From positions 608,001 through 672,000 of the forward strand of contig CBDCRW010000007.1 in NCBI GenBank assembly GCA_965221125.1: a stretch of 64,000 nucleotides of DNA, written 5' to 3'. The position numbers and the translations under genes were made by a program. Under the pieces are notes generated by a model. It was not told the origin of the DNA, ran no database searches, and saw only the letters and a program-made list of their open reading frames with translations. The DNA is from Alphaproteobacteria bacterium (GTDB lineage Bacteria; Pseudomonadota; Alphaproteobacteria; UBA828). This document shows positions 23,741 to 32,935 of the stretch, in pieces. Within the stretch, counting starts at the first letter, position 1; each line of letters begins with the position of its first letter.

Positions 23741-25207
23741 ATGATGAGCAAGAAGATTCTCGGGGACGAGCAGACCAAGTCGGATGCACCGGCATCAGGG
23801 AGCGCCGGCGGGGTAAACCGGCGCGGATTCGTCAAGGGCGCGGCCGGTCTCGGCATCACCGCCTCGGCGTTTGGCGGAATGTTCTCGGACTACATCGGTG
23901 GCTTCGCATCCGCTTCCGCGGCGGATTACGACCCCATGAAGTACGCGGGAACGACAATAAACATGCTCGTGGTCGGCAGCGAAAACATCGATCACGCGTT
24001 CAGGGACCTGTTGCCGGAACTCACCGCGGAGACCGGCATCGAAGTCGAAATAACCTCGCCGGCGATCGGGCCGTTGATTCAGAAGACCGTGCAGCTTCTC
24101 CAGTCCGAGCGGTCCGGTTTCGAGCTGGTCCAGTATCTTGGCTTCCTCGCTCCGCAGATCGTCGGCAGCGGCGGCTTCACGAAACTCAACGCGTTTATCG
24201 ACGATCCCGCCGAAACGGCGGCCGAGTTCGACTTTGGGGACTTTATTCAGGCTGCCGTGAATAACGTCAGCATCTATGACGTCGAAGCCGGCAAGCGCGG
24301 GCAGGGATCGGACGTCTACGCCGTTCCCAGCGGGCCCGGGGGATCGGGCATCTACTTCTACCGCAAGGACCTGTTCGAGGCCGCGGGCCTCCAGCCGGCG
24401 AAGACGTGGGAGGAGTTTCACGAGGCGGCGAAGGCGCTGACGACCGACGACGTGGCGGGCGCGAGCTTCATCGGCGCCAACAACTTCTCGCTTGCCCTGA
24501 TCGACTGGTACACGCGCTTCATCACCTCCGGCGGCGTGCTCATGAGCGGCCACCCGGCCGACAAGAATTTCATGCCGCAGGTCGACACGCCGGAAGGCAG
24601 ACACGCGCTGCAGTTGCTGATCGACCTGCTGCCGTATGCACCCGCCAGCGTCACCCAGTACGGCTTTGCCGAGAACGTCGACGGGTTCGCGACAGGCAAG
24701 ATCGCCCAGATGATCTTCTGGTCGACGATTGCCGGGCCGGTCTTCGATCCGGAAAACTCGCTGGTCGCGGACAAGGCAGCGACGGGTCCGGTTCCGGCGG
24801 CGCCCGGCCAGACGCCCGGCTCGGTCATCGGCGGCTGGGGCATCGGCATTCCGCAGAATGCCGATCCCGACAAGAAGGCCGCAGCGTGGAGAGCGCTCAC
24901 CTGGCTCACGAGCAAGCGCTCCGAGCACCACCAGGTCGACAAGTACCAGATCACCGTGCAACGGGCGTCTACGTTCCAGAATCCCGAGTTGCTGGGCAAG
25001 TACCCCTACCTCACGGATTCGCGGGAGGCGATCGAGACGGCGCGGACGATGCCCATCGCGCACGTCACCGAGTTCCTGCAACTGCTCGACATCATGAACG
25101 TCGAGTTCAATGCGGCACTCGTGGGATCGCAGGACGCCCCGACCGCGACCGCGAAGGTCCAGAGTGGATGGGAAGCGATCCTTCGCAAGGCGGGGCATCT
25201 CGCCTGA
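23741..25207 (+). CDS. Tat-exported carbohydrate-type ABC solute-binding protein
   Basis: NRRGFVKG twin-arginine signal, YRKDLFEAAGL..AKTWEEF, GGWGIGI. Confidence 0.88.
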   Translation: MMSKKILGDEQTKSDAPASGSAGGVNRRGFVKGAAGLGITASAFGGMFSDYIGGFASASAADYDPMKYAGTTINMLVVGSENIDHAFRDLLPELTAETGIEVEITSPAIGPLIQKTVQLLQSERSGFELVQYLGFLAPQIVGSGGFTKLNAFIDDPAETAAEFDFGDFIQAAVNNVSIYDVEAGKRGQGSDVYAVPSGPGGSGIYFYRKDLFEAAGLQPAKTWEEFHEAAKALTTDDVAGASFIGANNFSLALIDWYTRFITSGGVLMSGHPADKNFMPQVDTPEGRHALQLLIDLLPYAPASVTQYGFAENVDGFATGKIAQMIFWSTIAGPVFDPENSLVADKAATGPVPAAPGQTPGSVIGGWGIGIPQNADPDKKAAAWRALTWLTSKRSEHHQVDKYQITVQRASTFQNPELLGKYPYLTDSREAIETARTMPIAHVTEFLQLLDIMNVEFNAALVGSQDAPTATAKVQSGWEAILRKAGHLA

Positions 25208-25430
25208 GCGGGGGTGGGCCCGAAGCGGCAGCCACGCGCGCCTGCGCATAAGGTGGACTTGGCGCCCGCCTCGGGCGCAGTCTTCCAGGGGCGAGCGCGT
25301 GGCTGAGCTTCGTCCCGACGTCGTCTTACTATCGGGGGAGCCGCGCCTCGTCCGGTCTTCATGAGCCTGCGGCTCCTGCTCACGGAGCCGCAGGACTGCG
25401 CATGGTCCTGCCAACCAGCGGAGCAATGAC

Positions 25431-26327
25431 ATGAACAGTTCGCAAGCGCCGGTACTTGTGGCGGAGGGCCTGGGCTGGCCGGAAGGCCCCAGCGTCCGGC
25501 CCGATGGAAGCGTTGTCTTCGTCGAATGCTACCGCAGCCAGCTGACCGTCGTCGGCAGCGACGGCGAAACGCGCCAGTTCGCCTACGTCACCGGGGCGCC
25601 CAACTCGTGCGTGCTCGGCGCCGAAGGCGAGTTCTACATCTGCCAGAACGGCGGCACGGTCGGCCCGTGGCGGGCGGCGGAGATGACCGTCCCGTCGATC
25701 CAGCGCGTGCGCGAAGGGGGCGAGGCCGAGATCCTGGCGACGGAGATCGACGGCATCAAGTGCAACGGCCCCAACGACCTCGTGTTCGCCGCGGACGGCC
25801 GGCTGGTCTTCACCGATCCCGGAACCTACAACCCGGACGACCCGGACCCGAGCTACATCTTCTCGATCGCGCCGGACGGCAGCACGAGCGTCGTCGTCGC
25901 GTTCCCCGAGCCGGTCTTTCCCAACGGTCTCGCCGTCGAGGCCGATGGCTCCGTCGTCTGGTCCGAGTCCTATACCGGCCACGTCGGCCGCGTCCGGCCC
26001 GACGGCACGATCGAGGATCTCGGCCGCATGCCGGGCGACAACCCGATTCTGGACGGCATGAAGATCGGCGCGGACGGCCGCCTCTACGTGACCGACCTCG
26101 TCGCCGGCGGCCTTCATATCCTCGATCCCGACGGCACCGTGGAAGGGTTCATCGACTGCGGCGCGGCGCCGACGAACTGCGCCTTCGACGGCGAGACGTT
26201 GTGGGTGACGGACGCCGCCGTCCTCGCCGCCAGCACGGAGCCGAACCTCGCGGGCCGGCTATGGCGCGTCCATGTGCCGGGCGGCGGCGCGCCGACCCAC
26301 TACGGCAGCATCGCGGGGGCCGCGTAG
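25431..26327 (+). CDS. SMP-30/gluconolactonase family protein
   Basis: WPEGP, GPND, FPNG, DGMKIGADG, TNCAF. Confidence 0.9.
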   Translation: MNSSQAPVLVAEGLGWPEGPSVRPDGSVVFVECYRSQLTVVGSDGETRQFAYVTGAPNSCVLGAEGEFYICQNGGTVGPWRAAEMTVPSIQRVREGGEAEILATEIDGIKCNGPNDLVFAADGRLVFTDPGTYNPDDPDPSYIFSIAPDGSTSVVVAFPEPVFPNGLAVEADGSVVWSESYTGHVGRVRPDGTIEDLGRMPGDNPILDGMKIGADGRLYVTDLVAGGLHILDPDGTVEGFIDCGAAPTNCAFDGETLWVTDAAVLAASTEPNLAGRLWRVHVPGGGAPTHYGSIAGAA

Positions 26328-26473
26328 GCCGGAGCGAACGCGCCGCCCCCGAGTGCGGCTGGAAAAACCCAAGCGCCGCAGCTAGTTCAATCGTTCCATT
26401 CCAGTAAAGTTGGAGGTAGGCAGAGGCCGCCGAACAGGACTAAACTGGGAACATCCGGTCATGTGAGGCCGCC

Positions 26474-26956
26474 ATGTTCACGTCCGTCTCCGCGCCTGCC
26501 GAACTCGCGCTCGACCTCGCGCGCCCCTGCGTCGCCGAAGGCCGGGCCGAGGGGCTGGCGCGCGGCGTCTGCCGCCTGCTCGATGCCATGGGTGTCTGCC
26601 CCCTCATCGAGGTGCCGCTCGGCACCGGCCGGCGGGCGGACGTGCTGGGGCAGGACGGCAAGGGCCGCTTCACCATCGTCGAGATCAAGAGCGGCCTCGC
26701 CGATTTCCGCGCCGATGCCAAGTGGGAGGACTACCGCGACCATTGCGACCGGCTCTATTTCGCCGTGGGCAAGGACTTCCCGCTCGACGTGCTGCCGGCG
26801 AACGTCGGTGTGATCGTCGCCGACCGTTTCGGCGCCGAGATCAGGCGCGAGGCGCCGCTCCAGCCCATGGCCACGGGCCTCCGCCGCCGGCAGGCGATCC
26901 GCTTCGGCCGCATCGCCGCCAACCGCCTGCGCTTCTTCCACGAGGAGCCGGGCTGA
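26474..26956 (+). CDS. mmcB: MmcB family DNA repair protein (PD-(D/E)XK-like)
   Basis: GRRADV, IVEIKS..ADFRAD.KW.DY..HCDRLYFAV. Confidence 0.85.
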   Translation: MFTSVSAPAELALDLARPCVAEGRAEGLARGVCRLLDAMGVCPLIEVPLGTGRRADVLGQDGKGRFTIVEIKSGLADFRADAKWEDYRDHCDRLYFAVGKDFPLDVLPANVGVIVADRFGAEIRREAPLQPMATGLRRRQAIRFGRIAANRLRFFHEEPG

Positions 26957-26965
26957 GCCGCTCGC

Positions 26966-28092
26966 TGACCGAGTTCAGAGAGATATGAGACGGGCCCCTT
27001 GAAGTGGGGGTGGGGGTCTCCGAGGCTGTTGGTGCGAACCGAAGCAGCCTGAAGGAGGCCCCCATGCAGGTCAGAAGCCTGCCCCGCCATGTTATCCGAA
27101 ACGCGATGGTCGGGTCGCGCCTGATCGGCGCGGAGCCCCCCGACAGCGCAGCGGCGATCAGGCGCGATGCGCTTATGCGTTGGCAGCAGGCCCGAGCGCG
27201 GGGACTGAGTGCCGCCGATGCCGCAGAGGCGGTCGGCGTGCCGCGCGCCACCCTCTATCGCTGGGCGAAGCGCCCGGAGCCCGGCTCGCGCCGGCCCCAC
27301 CGGCTGCGCCGGCCGACCTGGTCGCCGGCGCTGGTGGAGGCGGTCGAGGCCATGCGCCGCGACTATCCGATGTGGGGCAAGGCCAAGCTGGTCGTCCTGT
27401 TGCGCCGCGAGGGCTGGGTCGTCTCGGAGAGCACCGTAGGCCGCATCCTGGCGATGCTGGTCGCCCGAGGCCGGGTCGTGCCCGTGCCCACCCTGCGCCG
27501 CCGCCGCCATGGCGTCCGCCGCAAGCGGCCCCACGCCAGGCGCCTGCCCAAGGGCCTGAGGCCGAGCCGGCCCGGCGAGATCGTCCAGCTCGACACGCTC
27601 AGCGTCTCTCTCGGCGCAGAGCGGCGCACACTCAAGCAGTTCACCGCCTGCGATCCGCTCGCCAAGTGGACCTGCGCCCAAGCCTTCCGACGCGCCAGCG
27701 CGCACAACGCCAAGAACTTCCTCGACAAGCTCCAGGCCGACATGCCCTTCCCCATCCAGGCCATCCAGGTCGATGGCGGATCGGAGTTCAAGGCCGACTT
27801 CGAGGCCGAATGCGCGCGGCGCGGCATCGCCCTCTACGAGCTGCCGCCCCGCACGCCCGAACTCAACGGCCATGTCGAGCGCAACAACGGCGCCTGGCGC
27901 TACGAGTTCTACGCTACCTGGGAGCTGCCCAGCGACAGCCTCAAGGACATCAACCGATGGATCGACGCCTTCGCCGACGAGTTCAACAGCTTCAGGCCAC
28001 ACCACGCCCTTGGCGGACAAACACCAGCCGAATACCTTGCTCAGATCACAGCCAACGAAACCCAGCCGTCTCATAAGCCCTGAACTAGGACA
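26966..28092 (+). mobile_element. Insertion sequence, IS481-like
   Basis: Imperfect TIRs: left TGACCGAGTTCAGAGAGATATGAGACGG, right (reverse complement) TGTCCTAGTTCAGGGCTTATGAGACGG; 5-bp direct repeat CTCGC at 26961-26965 and 28093-28097. Confidence 0.88.
27064..28083 (+). CDS. DDE transposase (HTH + rve integrase core)
   Basis: RATLYRW HTH, PGEIVQLD, IQVDGGSEF, NGHVER, RPHHALGGQTP. Confidence 0.93.
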   Translation: MQVRSLPRHVIRNAMVGSRLIGAEPPDSAAAIRRDALMRWQQARARGLSAADAAEAVGVPRATLYRWAKRPEPGSRRPHRLRRPTWSPALVEAVEAMRRDYPMWGKAKLVVLLRREGWVVSESTVGRILAMLVARGRVVPVPTLRRRRHGVRRKRPHARRLPKGLRPSRPGEIVQLDTLSVSLGAERRTLKQFTACDPLAKWTCAQAFRRASAHNAKNFLDKLQADMPFPIQAIQVDGGSEFKADFEAECARRGIALYELPPRTPELNGHVERNNGAWRYEFYATWELPSDSLKDINRWIDAFADEFNSFRPHHALGGQTPAEYLAQITANETQPSHKP

Positions 28093-28136
28093 CTCGCTTC
28101 CGCGCCGCTTCGCGCCGTGCTAAAAGCCGCCCCGCC

Positions 28137-28210
28137 TGGGGCGTAGCCAAGCGGTAAGGCAACGGGTTTTGGTCCCGTGATCCCAGGTTCGAATCCTGGC
28201 GCCCCAGCCA
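28137..28210 (+). tRNA. tRNA-Gln(TTG)
   Basis: Cloverleaf TGGGGCG...anticodon arm ACGGG-TTTTGGT-CCCGT...GGTTCGAATCC...CCA. Confidence 0.97.
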
Positions 28211-28262
28211 TGCCCTGCCGCCGGCACCTGAGGAGAGGGTCGATCCCCCGCCGCGATATCCC

Positions 28263-29618
28263 ATGATCCCGCGTTATTCACGTGCCGAGATGGCCGCGGT
28301 CTGGGCGCCGGAGACCCGCTTCGCCATCTGGCTGGAGATCGAGCGCCACGCGCTCGACGCCCAGGTCGCGCTCGGCCAGGCGCCGCAGGCGGCGGCGGAC
28401 GCGCTCGGCCGCGCCATGCGCGCGCACGCCGACGCGCTCGTCGATGCGGAGAAGATCGACGCGATCGAGCGCGAGACCCGCCACGACGTGATCGCCTTCC
28501 TCACCAACCTCGCGAACCACGTGGGGCCGGAGGCGCGCTTTATCCACCAGGGCCTCACCTCGTCGGATGTTCTCGACACCTGCCTCGCGGTGCAGCTCGA
28601 CCGGGCCGGCGCCCTGCTGGCCGACGGCGTCGATGCCGTGACGGCCGCGCTCAAGCGCCGCGCGTTCGAGCACAAGGGCACGCTCTGCGTCGGCCGCAGC
28701 CACGGCGTCCACGCGGAACCCACCAGCTTCGGCCTCAAGCTCGCCGGCCACTGCGCCGAGTTTGCCCGCGCGGCGGAACGCCTGCAGGCCGCGCGCCGCG
28801 AGATCGCGACCTGCGCCATATCGGGGCCGGTCGGCACCTTCGCGAGCGTCGATCCTGCCGTCGAGGTCCATGTCGCGGCGCAGATGGGTCTCGTGCCGGA
28901 GCCGGTCTCCACCCAGGTCATCCCGCGCGACCGCCACGCCATGTACTTTGCCGTCCTCGGCGTCATCGCCGGCGCCATCGAGCGGCTGGCGGTGGAGATC
29001 CGCCACCTGCAGCGGAGCGAGGTGGGGGAGGCGGCGGAGGCCTTCGGCAAGGGGCAGAAGGGTTCTTCTGCCATGCCCCACAAGAAGAACCCGATTCTCA
29101 CCGAGAACCTGACCGGCCTGGCGCGGATCGTGCGCGCCTCCGTGACGCCGGCGCTGGAGAACATCGCGCTCTGGCACGAGCGCGACATCAGCCACTCGGC
29201 GGTCGAGCGCGTCTTCGCGCCGGATGCGACCATCGCGCTCGACTTCGCGCTGACGCGGCTCGCCGGCGTCGTCGACGGCCTCGTGGTCGACGAGGCGGCC
29301 ATGCGCCGCAATCTCGAGAGCCGGGGCGGGCTCGTCTACAGCCAGCGCGTCCTGCTGGCGCTGATCGAGCGCGGCATGTCGCGCGAGGAGGCATATGCGG
29401 TCGTGCAGGAGGTCGCCCTGGGCGTCTGGGAAGGCGGGGGCGATTTCGAAGCCGCCCTCGCGGCCGATGCGCGCGTCTCAGACGTGCTCGACCGCGCCGC
29501 GCTTGCGGCCCTCTTCGATCCCGCGCCTTACCTCAGGCACGTCGATACCATCTTCGCCCGTGTCTTCGGGCACTCAACGAACGAAGCAACCGACAGTGAA
29601 GGGAGTGGACGGTCATGA
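28263..29618 (+). CDS. purB: Adenylosuccinate lyase
   Basis: MIPRYSR, TRHDVIAF, GRSHGVHAEP, GSSAMPHKKNP. Confidence 0.97.
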   Translation: MIPRYSRAEMAAVWAPETRFAIWLEIERHALDAQVALGQAPQAAADALGRAMRAHADALVDAEKIDAIERETRHDVIAFLTNLANHVGPEARFIHQGLTSSDVLDTCLAVQLDRAGALLADGVDAVTAALKRRAFEHKGTLCVGRSHGVHAEPTSFGLKLAGHCAEFARAAERLQAARREIATCAISGPVGTFASVDPAVEVHVAAQMGLVPEPVSTQVIPRDRHAMYFAVLGVIAGAIERLAVEIRHLQRSEVGEAAEAFGKGQKGSSAMPHKKNPILTENLTGLARIVRASVTPALENIALWHERDISHSAVERVFAPDATIALDFALTRLAGVVDGLVVDEAAMRRNLESRGGLVYSQRVLLALIERGMSREEAYAVVQEVALGVWEGGGDFEAALAADARVSDVLDRAALAALFDPAPYLRHVDTIFARVFGHSTNEATDSEGSGRS

Positions 29619-30361
29619 TCGAGATGCAGGACCACATCGCCGTAATCACGGGCGCCGGCAGCGGCTTCGGCGAAGCCACGGCGCTCAGGCTCGCGCGGGA
29701 GGGGATGCCGATCTTCTGCCAGGACATCAACGAGGAGAACGCGCAGCGCACCGCCGCCAGGGTGCGCGAAGGCAACGGCCGGGCCGAGGCGATCGGCGGC
29801 GACGTGTCCAGCGAGGCCGACGTGAAGGCGATGTTCGCCGCCTGCCGCAGCGCCTTCGGCGACTGCACGCTGCTCTTCGCCAATGCCGGCTACGCCCGGC
29901 TCTCGCCCTTCGTCGAGATGAGCGTCGAGGAGTTCGACCGCATGGTGGCGGTGCTGCTGCGCGGCGTCTTCCTCTGCGACCGCGAGGCGCTCGGCCCGAT
30001 GCTGGAGAAGGGCGAGGGCGTCATCATCAACACCGCCTCGCAGCTCGGCCACAAGGGCGCCAACGAAATGGCCCACTATGCGGCGGCGAAGGCCGGCGTC
30101 ATCGGGCTCACCAAGTCGCTCGCGCTCGAAGTCTCGAGCCGCGGCGTCCGCGTCAACGCCATCGGCCCCGGCCCCTGCAACACGCCGATCCTCGACGACA
30201 TCTCCGACGAGTGGAAACAGGCGAAGGCCGCCGAACTCCCGCTCGGGCGCTTCGGCGAGGCCTGGGAGATCGCCGAGACCGTGGCCTTCCTCGCCGGCCC
30301 CGGCGGCGCCATCTACGTCGGCCAGACCCTCGGCCCCAACTCCGGCGACGTGATGCTCTGA
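29615..30361 (+). CDS. SDR oxidoreductase (FabG-like)
   Basis: TGAGSGFG, YAAAKAG, VRVNAIGPG. Confidence 0.9.
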   Translation: MIEMQDHIAVITGAGSGFGEATALRLAREGMPIFCQDINEENAQRTAARVREGNGRAEAIGGDVSSEADVKAMFAACRSAFGDCTLLFANAGYARLSPFVEMSVEEFDRMVAVLLRGVFLCDREALGPMLEKGEGVIINTASQLGHKGANEMAHYAAAKAGVIGLTKSLALEVSSRGVRVNAIGPGPCNTPILDDISDEWKQAKAAELPLGRFGEAWEIAETVAFLAGPGGAIYVGQTLGPNSGDVML

Positions 30362-30391
30362 GCCGCGCGGTGCCGCCGTGAAGCATCCGCC

Positions 30392-30565
30392 CTATGCGCC
30401 GCCGCCCTCCCGGTCCGGCGGCGGCGGGGCGGCCTTCCGTTCGTGCTTCTGGCGCTTGCGCCGCCGCAGGTTCTCGCGCAGCGCCGCGGCGAGCCGGGCC
30501 TCGCGCTCCGGCCGCTTGCCGGTGCCCGGCGCGTTCGGTGCGCCCTTTCGGCCATCCGTCGACAT
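30392..30565 (-). CDS. Small basic hypothetical protein
   Basis: 57 aa from MSTDGRK containing REARLAAALRENLRRRK, a motif I recall from small alphaproteobacterial proteins. Confidence 0.6.
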   Translation of the reverse strand: MSTDGRKGAPNAPGTGKRPEREARLAAALRENLRRRKRQKHERKAAPPPPDREGGGA

Positions 30566-30648
30566 GACGCTTGCGATCGTATCACGGATGGCAGAGCCTC
30601 GCGGCGCCGGGCGACCCGCGCCGGCTGGGCCCGCAGGGGAGAGTGGCG

Positions 30649-31962
30649 ATGGCTGACCCACTGGCGTTCAAGCGCGACACGCTGAGCCTGCACGCGGGCC
30701 AGAAGCCGGACCCGACCACCGGCGCGCGCGCCGTGCCGATCTACCAGACGACCTCCTACGTCTTCGACGACACCGAGCAGGCCGCCTCGCTCTTCAATCT
30801 CGAACGCGCCGGCCACATCTACACGCGCATCTCGAACCCGACGGTCGCGGTGCTGGAGGAACGCATCGCGGCGCTGGAAGGGGGCGTCGGCGCGGTCTGT
30901 ACGGCGAGCGGGCAGGCGGCGCTCCACCTCGCGGTGGCGACGCTGATGGACGCGGGCGCGCACATCGTCTCGTCGGCCTCGATCTACGGCGGCAGCCACA
31001 ACCTCTTCACCCACACCCTGCCGCGCTTCGGGATCGAGACGACCTTCGTCGATCCCCGCGATACCGACGGCTTCCGCAAGGCGATCCAACCGGAAACCCG
31101 CCTCGTCTTCGGCGAGACCCTGGGCAATCCCGGCCTCGAAATCATGGACATGCCGGCGGTTGCCGCCGTCGCCCACGAGGCCGGCATTCCGCTGATGATC
31201 GACAGCACCTTCGCAACGCCCTGCCTCTGCCGCCCGATTGAGCACGGCTGCGATATCGTCATGCACTCGGCGACGAAGTTCCTGGGCGGACACGGGGTCG
31301 CCATCGGCGGCGTGATCGTCGATGCCGGCGCCTTCGACTGGGAGGCCTCGGGCAAGTTCCCGACGCTCACCGAGCCCTATCTCGGTTATCACGGCATCGA
31401 CTTCGCCGAGGAGTTCGGGCCCGCCGCCTTCATCGCGCGCGCACGCGCCGAGGGCCTGCGCGACTTCGGCGCCTGCATGAGCCCGACCAATGCCTTCCAC
31501 ATCCTGCAAGGCGTCGAGAGCCTGCCGGTCCGCATGGCGCGCCATGTCGAGAACGCGCGGAGGATCGTCGCCTTTCTCGACGGCCACGACGCCGTCTCCT
31601 GGGTGAGCTACCCGGAGCTTCCCTCGCACCCCGACCACGAGCGCGCAAAAACCCTGCTGCCCGATGGCTCGGGCGCCATCTTCTGCTTCGGCGTGAAGGG
31701 CGGCCGCGAGGCGGGGCGCGCCTTCATCGAGGCGGTGGAGCTGCTCTCGCATCTTGCCAACGTGGGCGACGCCAAGAGCCTCGTGATCCACCCCGCCAGC
31801 ACCACCCATCAGCAGATGGACGCAGAAGCGCTCGAAGCCGCCGGTGTCGGCGAGGACATGGTGCGGCTCTCCATCGGGCTGGAAGACCCGGAGGATCTGA
31901 TCGCCGATCTCGAACGCGGCCTGCGCGCGGCCGCGCGGGCTGCGGCGGGCCGCCGGTCATGA
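30649..31962 (+). CDS. O-acetylhomoserine aminocarboxypropyltransferase (MetY-like)
   Basis: RAVPIYQTTSY, YTRISNPT, HSATKFLGGHG, ANVGDAKSLVIHPASTTH. Confidence 0.93.
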   Translation: MADPLAFKRDTLSLHAGQKPDPTTGARAVPIYQTTSYVFDDTEQAASLFNLERAGHIYTRISNPTVAVLEERIAALEGGVGAVCTASGQAALHLAVATLMDAGAHIVSSASIYGGSHNLFTHTLPRFGIETTFVDPRDTDGFRKAIQPETRLVFGETLGNPGLEIMDMPAVAAVAHEAGIPLMIDSTFATPCLCRPIEHGCDIVMHSATKFLGGHGVAIGGVIVDAGAFDWEASGKFPTLTEPYLGYHGIDFAEEFGPAAFIARARAEGLRDFGACMSPTNAFHILQGVESLPVRMARHVENARRIVAFLDGHDAVSWVSYPELPSHPDHERAKTLLPDGSGAIFCFGVKGGREAGRAFIEAVELLSHLANVGDAKSLVIHPASTTHQQMDAEALEAAGVGEDMVRLSIGLEDPEDLIADLERGLRAAARAAAGRRS

Positions 31963-32753
31963 AGATCGCGGTAAACGGCGCCGGCGCCTTCGCCGCCACC
32001 GGCGGGCGCGCGTTCGACCCCGCCCTGCCGGTCACCGTCTTCGTGCACGGCGCCGCCTTCGACCACACGGTCTGGAAGCTGCAGGCGCGCTACTTCGCCT
32101 GGCACGGCGGCAGCGTGCTGGCGGTCGACCTGCCCGGCCACGGCCTCTCCGAGGGGCCGCCCCGAGGCTCGATCCCCGAGATGGCGGCGTGGCTCGTGGC
32201 GCTCCTGGATGCGGCGGGGGTCGGCGCGGCCAACCTGGTCGGCCACAGCATGGGCGCCCTGGTGGCGCTGGAGGCTGCGGCCCGCCACGGCACGCGGGTC
32301 CGCAAGCTCGCGCTGCTGGGCGCCGCGCCTGCGATCCCGGTCAACGACCTGCTGCTCGGCAAGTCGGCCGAGGACGACCACCACGCGCTCGAGCTGCTCA
32401 CGGGCTGGGGCTACGGGCGCCGCGCGCACTACGGCGGCCACCGCATGCCGGGGATCTGGATGACGGGCGGCGGCCTGCGCACCCTCGAACGCGCGAGCCC
32501 CGGCGTGCTGCACACCGACCTCGTCGCGACCAACGACTACGCTGGCGGCGAGGCGGCCGCTGCGGCGGTCGGCTGTCCGGGCCTGGTGGTGATCGGATCG
32601 CGCGACCTGATGACGCCGGCGAAGAAGGGACACGCGCTCGCCGGCATGATTGCCGATTCGACCACGGTGGTGATCCCCGGCGCCGGCCACATCATGCTGG
32701 ACGAAGAGCCCGACGCGACCCTCGACGCGCTCAGGGACTTTCTCGTCGACTGA
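31959..32753 (+). CDS. Alpha/beta hydrolase
   Basis: FVHGA, DLPGHG, GHSMG nucleophile elbow, AGH. Confidence 0.9.
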   Translation: MKIAVNGAGAFAATGGRAFDPALPVTVFVHGAAFDHTVWKLQARYFAWHGGSVLAVDLPGHGLSEGPPRGSIPEMAAWLVALLDAAGVGAANLVGHSMGALVALEAAARHGTRVRKLALLGAAPAIPVNDLLLGKSAEDDHHALELLTGWGYGRRAHYGGHRMPGIWMTGGGLRTLERASPGVLHTDLVATNDYAGGEAAAAAVGCPGLVVIGSRDLMTPAKKGHALAGMIADSTTVVIPGAGHIMLDEEPDATLDALRDFLVD

Positions 32754-32840
32754 AGCCCGCCGCCACCCCCGGCTACGAGACTAGAGTCGCACTCGTTGCG
32801 GGCATCTCCCTCTGCCAGTCCCGCCGGGGGTTGGCGGACG

Positions 32841-32872
32841 CGTGGATGGCCGGAACGAGTCCGGCCATGACG
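32841..32872. repeat. REP-like palindrome between convergent genes
   Basis: GTGG-ATGGCCGGA-ACGAG-TCCGGCCAT-GAC, a 9-bp stem resembling alphaproteobacterial REP units. Confidence 0.65.
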
Positions 32873-32935
32873 TGGCGAGGAAATTCCGCGAGCAGGTAGA
32901 AGCGTCCCGGTCGGCACTCTGGCGGCATCGGGGGA

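Noticed and set aside
26385-26452. Alphaproteobacterial LexA box (GTTC-N7-GTTC or GAAC-N7-GAAC) upstream of mmcB
   Set aside because: GTTC and GAAC half-sites are present but none are at the 7-bp spacing; the best candidate is a degenerate GACT-N7-GAAC
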